From the sequence record MT884012.2: a stretch of 44,700 nt of DNA. One strand, 5' to 3'. Source of the DNA: Escherichia phage vb_EcoS_bov11C2. The notes beneath the pieces are model-generated. The model was not told the origin of the DNA. It ran no database searches and worked only from the letters and a program-made list of their open reading frames with translations. This document shows, one piece after another, positions 1-8,983 of this stretch. The translations under genes and the position numbers were made by a program. Each line of letters opens with the position of its first letter. Within the stretch, counting starts at the first letter, position 1.

Positions 1-55
1 TATAATCCCCCTTAGATGGCAGGGCCGTCTCCTATGTTGCCGATGGTCGGCGCAT

Positions 56-628
56 ATGAACAAAAGGGCTTATATCATGGCAGAAATCAAAGTTAAGGGC
101 CGACGCGCCAAACTGGACGGACGAGTAGCAGTAACCCCGCGCCGTAAACCAGGCGAGCAAACCGAGCATACCAATCTCGGACCTGAAATCGAGTACGGAA
201 AGCGCCGTAAAGGCGGCAAATGTGGACGCCCTACTGACTACCGATCCGTTTACTGCGACCAGCTTCGCCGCTATTTTGCCGACGCCGACGCCTGGCAGGT
301 AAACTACTCCGATAAAGGCGCTGCGCAAGTAATCCCCCGCAACAAAATGCCAACCTTCGGTCGATTTGCCGCGGAAATCGGCGTGGGCGTAGCTTGCCTG
401 TATCGCTGGGCGCGTGCGCATGAGGAGTTCGCCGAGGCGATGGCTGACGCTATGGAGCTACAAAAAACCTTCCTGATGGAAGCTGGCGGCGTAACCATCG
501 CGGCGGGCTTCGCTACGTTCCTGCTTAAAGCAAACCACGGCGTCCGCGACGATGTACCGCTGGATGACGACGAAGATGATAACGGCGACGTAGTTGTCGA
601 ACCTTCCGGCAAAGGTCAGGGTGAATAA
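56..628 (+). CDS. terminase small subunit (putative)
   Basis: Basic N-terminus, HTH-like segment, directly upstream of and overlapping the large terminase start (stop/ATG overlap at 626-630). Alternative start ATG 77. Confidence 0.55.
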   Translation: MNKRAYIMAEIKVKGRRAKLDGRVAVTPRRKPGEQTEHTNLGPEIEYGKRRKGGKCGRPTDYRSVYCDQLRRYFADADAWQVNYSDKGAAQVIPRNKMPTFGRFAAEIGVGVACLYRWARAHEEFAEAMADAMELQKTFLMEAGGVTIAAGFATFLLKANHGVRDDVPLDDDEDDNGDVVVEPSGKGQGE

Positions 629-2013
629 TGCGTAACTATGCGGCAGAACACCGCGCACTGGAACGCGCGATCGCAAAGCGTAACCTACCGCCACGCCCGA
701 CACGCGTTGCGCAGGCCGTCCGCCTTTACCAGCCAGATTGCCTTCCGCACCAGGTCGAACTGCTGCGTGACACGAAGACTAAAATCCTCGGCCTGTGTTC
801 CGGCTTCGGTGGTGGGAAGTCATGGGTCGCAGCCCGTAAGGTAATCCAGCTTTTAACACTGAACCCTGGTCATGATGGCATCGTAACAGAACCGACTATT
901 CCACTCCTGGTTAAAATCATGTACCCGGAATTGGAAAAGGCATTCGACGAGGCGGGCTTCAGGTGGAAGTTCAATAAGCAGGACAAGATCTATAACGTGC
1001 TTGTGAAAGGCAAATGGACCCGCGTTATTTGCGAGTCAATGGAGAACTACACACGTCTTATCGGTGTTAACGCCGCGTGGATTGTTGCCGACGAGTTCGA
1101 CACCACGAAGCAAGACGTTGCAATGGCGGCGTATCACAAATTGCTCGGTCGTCTGCGTGCGGGCTTGGTACGCCAGTTCGTCATCGTGTCCACCCCGGAA
1201 GGCTACCGGGCGATGTACCAGATTTTCGAAGTGGAGAAGGACAGCCAGAAACGTTTGATCCGGGCGAAGACCACGGACAACCACCATTTACCGGCGGACT
1301 TTATAGACACGCTGCGCAGTCAGTACCCAGCTAACCTGATCGACGCGTACCTGAACGGCCTGTTTGTTAACCTTACGTCGGGCGCGGTGTACAAGATGTT
1401 CAACCGCGAGGAGAACGCCAGCACCGAAGAAGTGCAGCCGGACGACACACTGATTATCGGTATGGACTTTAACGTCACGAAAATGGCGGCGGTTGTGTAT
1501 GTCAGACGGCAGCGCGTCACCGAAAACAAGGAGTTCCGCGACGAGATTCACGCGGTGGATGAATTTGTGGACCTGTTTGACACCCCGGCTATGATTGAGG
1601 CGATCGAGGAGCGCTACCCGGAACATTGTGCCGCCGGTAGGGTCGTCGTTTACCCGGATAGCAGCGGCAAATCCCGCAAGACGGTCAACGCGTCGTCGTC
1701 CGATATCGCACAACTGGAAGACGCTGGCTTCGAGGTGGAGTATGACAGCGTTAACCCGCCTGTGAAAGACCGACTGATCGCGATGAATACGATGATGTGC
1801 AACTCGAAGGGCGTGCGCCAGTATTTTGTCAACCTGGATAAATGCCCTACACTAGCGAAATGTCTGGAACAGCAGGTGTACGACCTGAAGAAAGGCGAAC
1901 CGGATAAAACGGCCGGGGTGGACCACATGAATGATGCAGCGGGCTATCCAATTGCGCACCTGTTCCCAGTGATTCGTCCGATCGCCGTTGTTCCAACTGT
2001 AGACTTCTACTAA
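628..2013 (+). CDS. terminase large subunit
   Basis: Walker A GFGGGKS and Walker B-like WIVADEFD in the N-terminal ATPase, C-terminal nuclease-sized domain, 461 aa, followed by portal. Confidence 0.9.
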   Translation: MRNYAAEHRALERAIAKRNLPPRPTRVAQAVRLYQPDCLPHQVELLRDTKTKILGLCSGFGGGKSWVAARKVIQLLTLNPGHDGIVTEPTIPLLVKIMYPELEKAFDEAGFRWKFNKQDKIYNVLVKGKWTRVICESMENYTRLIGVNAAWIVADEFDTTKQDVAMAAYHKLLGRLRAGLVRQFVIVSTPEGYRAMYQIFEVEKDSQKRLIRAKTTDNHHLPADFIDTLRSQYPANLIDAYLNGLFVNLTSGAVYKMFNREENASTEEVQPDDTLIIGMDFNVTKMAAVVYVRRQRVTENKEFRDEIHAVDEFVDLFDTPAMIEAIEERYPEHCAAGRVVVYPDSSGKSRKTVNASSSDIAQLEDAGFEVEYDSVNPPVKDRLIAMNTMMCNSKGVRQYFVNLDKCPTLAKCLEQQVYDLKKGEPDKTAGVDHMNDAAGYPIAHLFPVIRPIAVVPTVDFY

Positions 2014-2023
2014 GGAAACGACC

Positions 2024-3544
2024 ATGACCGTTAACGTTGACAACCAGCACCCGCTCTATGCGCGCATTGCGCCAGAGTGGAAGATGATCCGCGATTGTGT
2101 AGCAGGGGAGCGCGCCGTGAAGGCGTGCGGCCCTTTGTACCTGCCTCATCCCGCCAGTGGCGACAATACTGACCCGAAAGCACGGGCGCGGTATAAGGCG
2201 TACAAGCAACGCGCGGTATTCCTGAACGCCACCGCCCGCACACTAAACGCGCTGTTAGGCGTCGCCTTTGCAAAACCTGTAAGTCTGGACCTTTCCGGGG
2301 TGATGGCTGACCTGATTGACGACGTAGACGGCAGCGGTATGCCATTGCCGCAACTTCTGCGCGGTGCTATGTCGGAAGTTCTGCAATCGGGACGCGCGGG
2401 CTTTATGGTGGACTACGACCGCCAGGCTAACTTTGATGAACTGGGTAACGTAGTGCCACAGACAGCCGCCGAGATGGCGGCACACCGACCGCTTATCCGC
2501 CTGTATACGGCAGAGCAGATCATCAACTGGCGGCAGACCCACGGCGTCGATACGCTAATTGTGCTGAAGGAAACGGACGAAATCAGCACCGAAGACCCTG
2601 ACGATTTCGCAAACCACGAAGTAACAATCTGGACCGAGCTTCGCATGATTGACGGCAAGGCACACGCCCGCCGCTGGTTTTACAACGCGGACACGTCCGA
2701 AGTGAAGATGGACTTGCCGCGAGGCTTCACCAGAACCGATCTTGTGCCGTTGGTGGATGCTTCCGGTAATGCGCTTACGCAACTACCGTTTTGCTGGTGC
2801 GGTGCGGTGGACAACAACGCAACGCCTGACGCCGCTCCGCTGGCGGATATCGCATCCATCAACATTAAGCACTACAACGCCGAAGCGGACGTCGCCGAGA
2901 TCGCGCACATCGTGGGTCAGCCTACCCTGGTTGCGACGGGCTTGACTCAATCATGGGCTGACAAGAACCTGAAGGGAGGCATTGCCCTCGGTGCGACTAA
3001 GGGCGTTATCCTGGGCCAGAACATGGACGCTAAACTGATCCAGGCGGAGGAGCGCAACTTGTCGGTTGCACTGTGTGAGCGTCGCGAATTGCAAATGGCT
3101 AAACTTGGCGCGGCCCTGGTCGAGAAGGGGACCGCACCTAAGACGGCAACCGAGGCGGCCTACGATGCGCAGACTGATAACAGTATCCTGTCGCTTATTG
3201 CCGGTAACGTTGAGAAGGCTTTCAACCGTGCGCTGCAAATCGTCCAACTCTTCACCGGTGACACCGCCGACCAGCGTGTGACGCTGAATAAGTTCTACAC
3301 CGAGATCACGGTTGATGCGCAGCTTATGACCGCGATGATGTCGGGTGTGCAGACGGGTACGGTCCGCCTGGCTGATTTCATCAAGTGGATGATGGCGCAG
3401 GGTGTCATCGACGACTCGCAAACCGTCGAGCAGGTTGAAGACGAATTGCGGAATCAGAATCCATTGCCTCAAATGTCCCCTGATGCGGTAGAATCTACCG
3501 AAGAAGACCCGGACAAGGTAGCGGACAATGGCGAAGACAATTAA
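2024..3544 (+). CDS. portal protein
   Basis: 506 aa ORF immediately after the large terminase, RBS AAGGA, acidic C-terminus; call rests on position and size. Confidence 0.75.
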   Translation: MTVNVDNQHPLYARIAPEWKMIRDCVAGERAVKACGPLYLPHPASGDNTDPKARARYKAYKQRAVFLNATARTLNALLGVAFAKPVSLDLSGVMADLIDDVDGSGMPLPQLLRGAMSEVLQSGRAGFMVDYDRQANFDELGNVVPQTAAEMAAHRPLIRLYTAEQIINWRQTHGVDTLIVLKETDEISTEDPDDFANHEVTIWTELRMIDGKAHARRWFYNADTSEVKMDLPRGFTRTDLVPLVDASGNALTQLPFCWCGAVDNNATPDAAPLADIASINIKHYNAEADVAEIAHIVGQPTLVATGLTQSWADKNLKGGIALGATKGVILGQNMDAKLIQAEERNLSVALCERRELQMAKLGAALVEKGTAPKTATEAAYDAQTDNSILSLIAGNVEKAFNRALQIVQLFTGDTADQRVTLNKFYTEITVDAQLMTAMMSGVQTGTVRLADFIKWMMAQGVIDDSQTVEQVEDELRNQNPLPQMSPDAVESTEEDPDKVADNGEDN

Positions 3545-4631
3545 TCAACATTTGGCGGATCGAATGATTCGCCGTCACATCTTCACCCAGCGCCTGAGCA
3601 ATGATCAGGCGCGGAGGGTGCTGGCTATGTGGGAGAAGTTCCGGCCCACTTTACTTGGTAAGCTGACCGAGTTACTTGATGGCAAAAAGTCCATGAGCAA
3701 CAAGGCACTTACCACACTGTTAACTCAACTCGACAAGACCGTCAAAACGGAACTGCGCGCCGAGTTTAAAGTGCTGGCGGAGAGCCTTCAGGAGTTCGCC
3801 GACGCCGAGGCTAATTATCTAGCAGACACACTAACGGCAGCGATCCAGCCCGCTGTCGCCGTACCGGCTGTTGAAGTAGTTGGCGTTGTTACCGGCGCGC
3901 AGATTGCAGCGACGGCAATGAAAAACCCGTTCCAGGGTAATACTATGATGCAATGGCCTGATTCCCTTTCCGAGTGGACCAGGACGCAGATCGGCAATCA
4001 GGTGCGCGCCGGATTCATCCAGGGAAAGCCAACGATGGAAATTATCGCGGACGTGAGGCGCGCGCTAGGCGGTCGTAGTGCGCAAGCCATCTCAAGCGTT
4101 GTTAAGTCCGCAGTCAACCACTATGCGGCGACCGCCCGCGAACTAATGGTAAAAGCAAATGACGATATTCTCGAAGGTCGCCAATGGTTATCTACATTGG
4201 ACACGCATACTTCTCCCATGTGCCAGCTACGCGATCGCCTGTTTTATCCGGTTGATGTTACTCCCGATACGAAAGGGAAGCGCGGCGGGAAAGTGGTGGC
4301 TGGATCACAATATGGCGCTGGTCCGGGCAAGCTACATTATTGCTGCCGTTCGACGGAGACGTGGAAAGTCAAAGGTATGGAAGATTGGCCCAGTGGTAAG
4401 CGTCCGGCACTGAAGGCTGACGCAGGCAGATTGCTGAGTGAGCAGGTAGACGCGCAGACTGATTTCTTCTCATGGGTGCAGCGCCAGCCGCGCCATATCC
4501 TGGAAGAATTATATGGAGTGCAACGCGCCGACCAGATTATGCGCGGCGTGAAAGTGCCGAAGATGTTCACCGATTCTGGTGAACTGATGACTATTGCACA
4601 GCTTAAAAACCGGGGGTTATGGCGTGATTAA
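3528..4631 (+). CDS. head morphogenesis protein (Mu F / SPP1 gp7-like)
   Basis: 367 aa ORF overlapping the portal stop; order terminase-portal-MuF-like is canonical; sequence features fit that family from memory. Confidence 0.7.
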   Translation: MAKTINQHLADRMIRRHIFTQRLSNDQARRVLAMWEKFRPTLLGKLTELLDGKKSMSNKALTTLLTQLDKTVKTELRAEFKVLAESLQEFADAEANYLADTLTAAIQPAVAVPAVEVVGVVTGAQIAATAMKNPFQGNTMMQWPDSLSEWTRTQIGNQVRAGFIQGKPTMEIIADVRRALGGRSAQAISSVVKSAVNHYAATARELMVKANDDILEGRQWLSTLDTHTSPMCQLRDRLFYPVDVTPDTKGKRGGKVVAGSQYGAGPGKLHYCCRSTETWKVKGMEDWPSGKRPALKADAGRLLSEQVDAQTDFFSWVQRQPRHILEELYGVQRADQIMRGVKVPKMFTDSGELMTIAQLKNRGLWRD

Positions 4632-4953
4632 ATATGCAGCGATTGGGCTGGTTATCGGTCTGGCGGTAGGATTCTGGCTAGGTGACTCCTATCGCGCGGG
4701 CGTAGTGGCGGAGGCAGCGCAAGAAGCGCAAGCCCAAGCCCAACGGCAGCAAACTAAAGTTGTTGAGCGCTCCGTGCAGGCAGAACAAGCCCGCGACGTA
4801 GAATACCGGACTATCACGAAAGAGGTTGTTAAATATGTTACGCGCCCTAACCGCCCTGATTGTAGTTTTGATGCTGAGCGCGTGCGGATCAAGCAACGCG
4901 CCGTTGATGCCGCTAACGGAGTCGGCGCTGCGACCGCCGTGCAAGTTCGATAA
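4624..4953 (+). CDS. i-spanin (Rz-like), putative
   Basis: GTG start overlapping the upstream stop, RBS GGGGG; N-terminal TM helix IKYAAIGLVIGLAVGFWLG then Ala/Gln-rich coiled-coil-like region; contains the o-spanin ORF in the +1 frame. Confidence 0.6.
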   Translation: MIKYAAIGLVIGLAVGFWLGDSYRAGVVAEAAQEAQAQAQRQQTKVVERSVQAEQARDVEYRTITKEVVKYVTRPNRPDCSFDAERVRIKQRAVDAANGVGAATAVQVR

Positions 4954-5065
4954 CCCGTCCGCGGACCCCGACGAAGATTTGATGATTGACGTGAAAAATA
5001 TGGAATGCGGGGCGAAGCTAAGGGCGCAGGTGCTGGAGTTGCAGCAAATAATTAAGGGGCCGTAA
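4835..5065 (+). CDS. o-spanin lipoprotein (Rz1-like), overlapped
   Basis: Signal peptide MLRALTALIVVLMLSAC with lipobox L-S-A-C, Pro-rich short mature part, RBS AGAGG 10 nt upstream; starts inside the i-spanin frame and extends past its stop. Confidence 0.65.
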   Translation: MLRALTALIVVLMLSACGSSNAPLMPLTESALRPPCKFDNPSADPDEDLMIDVKNMECGAKLRAQVLELQQIIKGP

Positions 5066-5077
5066 TGGCCCCTTTTT
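5056..5077. terminator. bidirectional intrinsic terminator
   Basis: GGGGCC-gtaat-GGCCCC followed by TTTTT; sits between convergent genes (o-spanin stop 5065, minus-strand gene end 5080). Confidence 0.7.
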
Positions 5078-5079
5078 CG

Positions 5080-5844
5080 TTAGCGCGGAATGCCGCAAAT
5101 CTCGTTAAGTGTCTTCACATCCAGCGCCACTGCCGTGGATTTTGGCTTGTCCGGGTACGGGATGAATTGCTCGACTTCAGGCCATGCCTTAATCAGCTTC
5201 TTGTCAGTATTGTGCAGGTCCAGCACACCGGTAACGGTCAACTTGAATGCGTCATACTTCGCACGCAATTCGCGGCGGGCCTGGTCGTTACGGTCCAGGC
5301 GCTTACAGAAGTCATGGTCCGCAGGGTAATCTGCGCGACCGCGAGGGAGATATATCGGCAGCGCTTTCCCGTCCTCGTCCACTTCGCACACTGACGCGAG
5401 CATAACTGTCTCGAACCCCGGAACGATATCGCCGAGATCAGGCGCGAGCTTATTCATATATTTCTCTTCCCAGTATCCGCGATGTACGCGGTATCGGCGA
5501 CCGTCACCGCTCAAGGACAAGGTGCGAACATTTCCGCCTGCGTTGATTTCGAAAGTGGCGTCGTAAACGCTGCCGATACCTTTCGGGCGGTCGGTGTTAT
5601 AACTATATGTCGCCTTGTTGGTGTATACACAGACGCCGTACATCTGCGACTGGTCGTCGCGAATTGCCTTGATATGCTCGCGGAGCGCTGCGAACGTGCG
5701 AATGCCTTCCGGCATACAGTCCAGCGTTATTGCGTACGCCAGATCGCGTGAGTCCATCATGATTTGTTTGGCTTCGGTTGCGATTTCGTGGTCGCGCAGG
5801 ATGTTAGATAGGATCTGATTTTTAATGTCTTTTGTCAGTCTCAT
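5080..5844 (-). CDS. hypothetical protein, antisense island in head module
   Basis: 254 aa ORF on the opposite strand to all surrounding late genes; no confident family assignment. Confidence 0.6.
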   Translation of the reverse strand: MRLTKDIKNQILSNILRDHEIATEAKQIMMDSRDLAYAITLDCMPEGIRTFAALREHIKAIRDDQSQMYGVCVYTNKATYSYNTDRPKGIGSVYDATFEINAGGNVRTLSLSGDGRRYRVHRGYWEEKYMNKLAPDLGDIVPGFETVMLASVCEVDEDGKALPIYLPRGRADYPADHDFCKRLDRNDQARRELRAKYDAFKLTVTGVLDLHNTDKKLIKAWPEVEQFIPYPDKPKSTAVALDVKTLNEICGIPR

Positions 5845-5883
5845 TTTTGTGTCCTCATTATTGGGGCTTTCGCCCCGATTGGT

Positions 5884-6198
5884 TTAGTTAAATTTGATGT
5901 TGCCGCCGGTTGAGGTTAAGCGAGCACATACAGATTCAACGGCATCGACGCACATGAAATCGTTAAAGGCTTCGACCAGGGCGTTTATGAAAGATGCCGG
6001 AACCAGGCCGCAAGCCGGATTATCGAATGTCGCGGAGTTGACCGCCGCTTTTGCCGCTTCAGAAGCATTCATGCTCTGGCACAGATTCAGCGCTTCCGCG
6101 TTACGCATTGCGTGAAAGGTAAAGGTATTCGCTACGGTAGCTTTATTGAAACGGGCCATTGCGGCGTCTACTGGAGTTGCTACGGTCATGTTAGTCAT
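5884..6198 (-). CDS. hypothetical protein (Ala-rich, about 104 aa)
   Basis: ATG at 6198 with RBS AAGGAAAA 8 nt upstream; alternative ATG 6213; first gene after the minus-strand promoter at 6218-6263. Confidence 0.55.
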   Translation of the reverse strand: MTNMTVATPVDAAMARFNKATVANTFTFHAMRNAEALNLCQSMNASEAAKAAVNSATFDNPACGLVPASFINALVEAFNDFMCVDAVESVCARLTSTGGNIKFN

Positions 6199-6217
6199 TT
6201 TGTTTTCCTTCATATCT

Positions 6218-6263
6218 CTGTTGGTGTGCAACCAATATACTGCAACCAACATCCGCAATGCAA
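6218..6263 (-). promoter_or_regulatory. sigma70-like promoter with ATTGGTTGCA motif pair and operator-like inverted repeat
   Basis: Minus strand reads TTGCAT (-35, 6258-6263), 18-nt spacer, TATATT (-10, 6234-6239), then GGTTGCACACCAACAG; the 22-nt TATATTGGTTGCACACCAACAG is identical to 39900-39921. Confidence 0.5.
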
Positions 6264-6352
6264 GCGAATTTTGCGATTATTTTTATCGCTGATAATATTA
6301 AGGCGTGAAGTCAAGCGGGTGGCCCGCTTTGCCACAATCCCAGGGGGATAGC

Positions 6353-7054
6353 ATGAAACTTACTAAAGCAGAATATGACGCGTTGCCAGACGGTATGAAG
6401 GCGCTTTTTGTTGCCGATGGCGACGGGTATAAATCAACTTTCATGACCGCAGAAGAAGTACAGGCGGAAATTAAGGGTCTGAAAGACAATAACGCGAAGC
6501 TGGTGATCGAGAAGAAAGCAGAAGCTGAACGCCGCGCCGAAGCCGAGCGCCTTGCGAAAGAGAAAGAGGAAGCCGCCGCGCGCAAGAATGGCGACCTCGA
6601 AGCGATCGATAAGTCCTGGAAGGATAAGTTTGCGAAACACGAAGCAGACACATCGGGAAAAATCGAAGCCTACCGCAAGCAGATCCACGACCTAACCATC
6701 GGCAGCGCTGCCAAAGACCTGGCGTCGAAGCTGTTCGGTAAGAATGCGGGCATCATGCAACGCCACGTAATGGATCGCCTGACGCTGGAAGACGGCGAAG
6801 ACGGCAGCTTGAAAGTGCGTGTCTTGCAGGATGGCAAACCGTCCGCGCTGACTATGGAAGAGCTTGAAAAAGAGTTCCGTAATAACGCCGATTTCGCATC
6901 CGTCCTGGCTGGCACGCCAGCAGGCGGCGCTCCTAGCAAACCGACGCAGGTTGTCGAAGATGTGAAGTCTAAAATTACGATGGGCCATAGCTTCGGTATC
7001 ACCGATCTCACCAAACAGGCCGGGGATATCATCGCTAAAATGGGCGACGAGTAA
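6353..7054 (+). CDS. scaffolding protein (putative)
   Basis: ATG 6353 with RBS AGGGGGA; charged Ala/Glu/Lys-rich coiled-coil-like sequence immediately upstream of the major capsid gene. Confidence 0.55.
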   Translation: MKLTKAEYDALPDGMKALFVADGDGYKSTFMTAEEVQAEIKGLKDNNAKLVIEKKAEAERRAEAERLAKEKEEAAARKNGDLEAIDKSWKDKFAKHEADTSGKIEAYRKQIHDLTIGSAAKDLASKLFGKNAGIMQRHVMDRLTLEDGEDGSLKVRVLQDGKPSALTMEELEKEFRNNADFASVLAGTPAGGAPSKPTQVVEDVKSKITMGHSFGITDLTKQAGDIIAKMGDE

Positions 7055-7059
7055 GCGGA

Positions 7060-7083
7060 TTGCCCGCGAAAGCGGGCAATTTT
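7060..7083 (+). terminator. intrinsic terminator
   Basis: TTGCCCGC-gaaa-GCGGGCAA then TTTT, right after the scaffold stop. Confidence 0.6.
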
Positions 7084-7151
7084 GCGAGCGCGTAAAACTA
7101 AGGTAACATTAATGCCACTGGGCGAATGCTCACAACTCAAAGGATTTCGAT

Positions 7152-8252
7152 ATGTCTTTAACAGTGTTCCAGCGTAAACTCGTTACCGCGGTTACGCAAA
7201 TGATCCCCGACAACCTGAACGTTTTCAACGCCGCCGCCAATGGCGCTGTTGTTCTCGGTACTGGTGAAGTGCTGAAGGACGTTATTGAGAAAATGTCCGT
7301 AGGCTTGATCGCTAACCTCGTTACCGACCGTAACGCCTACGCCCCCGTCGGCACTCCGGCGACCGCGAAAGTGCTGGCGCGTATGCTAACCAACTCGGTT
7401 AACCTTTCCGCAAAAGTGGGTCCGGTAGCAATCACTAAGGCTATGATGGCTAAGATCGAAACCAACGTTAACAGCGTTGCGGCTGAGATTGCGGCACAGG
7501 CTACTCAAGCGATTATGCTGCACTACCTGAAAGCTGGTATCGGCGCAAGTAAAGCGGCGATCGAAAGCAACGCAGCGGCAAAATACACCCAACCGGCGCG
7601 CGTTGACGGCGTTGGCGGTCGTACCTTCCCGACCCTGGCAGACTTCCCGCTGGCGGCTTCTAAGTTCGGCGATCAGGCGTCTTTGATTAAGTCTTGGTTT
7701 ATGGACGGCGTTACCTGGGCAAACTTCATTGCGTACCAGGCACTCCCTTCCGCTGAACAGGTATTCGCAATTGGCGATCTCCAGGTAATGGGTGATGGCC
7801 TGGGCCGTCGCTTCATTATCTCCGATGCCGCTGCCGATGCTATTGGCGCTGGTAACATGCTGGGTCTGGTCCCTGGCGCGGTTGCAGTTACGACCAACGG
7901 CCTCGACATGCTGGCGCAGGAAAAAGGCGGCAACGAGAACATTGAGCGCTGGTGGCAGGGTGAGTTCGACTTCAACGTGGCTGTTAAAGGCTACCGTCTG
8001 AAGGCGTCCGCTCGTACCCCGATCGAAGGTGTACGCTCGTTCAAACTGGACGATATCACCACTTCCGATAACTGGGAACTGGATCAGGGCCAGGTAGACA
8101 ACGCACCGGCAACCGTGCAGGATGTTGGCGCTGTGGGCGATGGCGATACTAAAGGCCGTCGTAAGACCCAGGCCGCACAGGCAGTGCCTACCCGCCACAT
8201 CAAGGAAACCGCTGGCGTACTGGTTACGCTGACTGCGACTACCGCGTCTTAA
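7152..8252 (+). CDS. major capsid protein
   Basis: 366 aa ORF with RBS AAGGA, downstream of the scaffold, flanked by terminators; position and size typical of a major capsid protein. Confidence 0.75.
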   Translation: MSLTVFQRKLVTAVTQMIPDNLNVFNAAANGAVVLGTGEVLKDVIEKMSVGLIANLVTDRNAYAPVGTPATAKVLARMLTNSVNLSAKVGPVAITKAMMAKIETNVNSVAAEIAAQATQAIMLHYLKAGIGASKAAIESNAAAKYTQPARVDGVGGRTFPTLADFPLAASKFGDQASLIKSWFMDGVTWANFIAYQALPSAEQVFAIGDLQVMGDGLGRRFIISDAAADAIGAGNMLGLVPGAVAVTTNGLDMLAQEKGGNENIERWWQGEFDFNVAVKGYRLKASARTPIEGVRSFKLDDITTSDNWELDQGQVDNAPATVQDVGAVGDGDTKGRRKTQAAQAVPTRHIKETAGVLVTLTATTAS

Positions 8253-8270
8253 CGGGCGCACATCCCAAAT

Positions 8271-8295
8271 GGGCGGGCTTATGCCCGCCTTTTTT
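8271..8295 (+). terminator. intrinsic terminator after capsid gene
   Basis: GGCGGGC-ttat-GCCCGCC followed by TTTTTT. Confidence 0.7.
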
Positions 8296-8310
8296 ATAGG
8301 AGTGCATACA

Positions 8311-8811
8311 ATGTATGGCGACCCGCAAACCTTTGTTATTTATGCCGCTGCGCGAGGCGTTGAAATTACGCCGAGCGACGCAACGCGACACCTTACTATC
8401 GTTAATGACTTCCTTAACGGCATAGACTGGATCGGCGAACAAGCAGACCCGACCGGAATTGACGCATGGCCCCGCGTCAACTACCCGTCAGACGGTAAGC
8501 CGGTGCGAAACACGCTTACTGAAGATTTGGCAGTAGTTCCCGCGGGGCAGATTGTAGACTTCGCATCAATCCCTGTCGCCGTTGAGCAAGCCGTTTACCG
8601 GCTGGCAATGTTGGTGGCTGACGAGGTCGATATTTCTCCTGTTGGCAGTGGTAAGGAGACTATCCGCGAGACTGTTGGCCCGATCACGATGGAATATGAC
8701 CCCGCGACGATTGGTAGCGGCGTCTCGTTCCCGTGGTGGGATGGCTTGCTGGGCCACTGGGTGAACGTAGACGGCAACGCAGCGGGTAATTTTGACGTAT
8801 TCCGGGGGTGA
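8311..8811 (+). CDS. head-tail connector / head completion protein (putative)
   Basis: ATG 8311 with RBS AGGAG; first gene after the capsid terminator; functional call by position only. Confidence 0.4.
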   Translation: MYGDPQTFVIYAAARGVEITPSDATRHLTIVNDFLNGIDWIGEQADPTGIDAWPRVNYPSDGKPVRNTLTEDLAVVPAGQIVDFASIPVAVEQAVYRLAMLVADEVDISPVGSGKETIRETVGPITMEYDPATIGSGVSFPWWDGLLGHWVNVDGNAAGNFDVFRG

Positions 8812-8812
8812 T

Positions 8813-8983
8813 ATGAATCCTGCATTACTGGCGGCTATTATCGCCGCAAATACTAAGCACCAACCAGAACCAGAGCCGGAACCAGAACCAGAGCCGGAAC
8901 CAGAGCCGGAACCAGAACCAGAGCCGGAACCAGAACCAGAGCCGGAGCCACCGGTACAGGAGGATGCTAATGGCGGGCTTTAA
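8813..8983 (+). CDS. small protein with (Pro-Glu)14 repeat
   Basis: ATG 8813 with RBS GGGGGTGA; hydrophobic N-terminus MNPALLAAIIAANTKHQ then 14 consecutive PE dipeptides. Confidence 0.5.
   Translation: MNPALLAAIIAANTKHQPEPEPEPEPEPEPEPEPEPEPEPEPEPEPPVQEDANGGL
8864..8947. repeat. tandem repeat, 84 nt of CCA-GAA / CCA-GAG / CCG-GAA units
   Basis: 28 consecutive Pro/Glu codons; the 18-nt unit ccagaaccagagccggaa recurs about 4.5 times. Confidence 0.9.

Noticed and set aside
7386-8261. 291-aa minus-strand ORF
   Set aside because: Fully antisense to the major capsid gene, which has RBS, terminators and operon context; no signals of its own.
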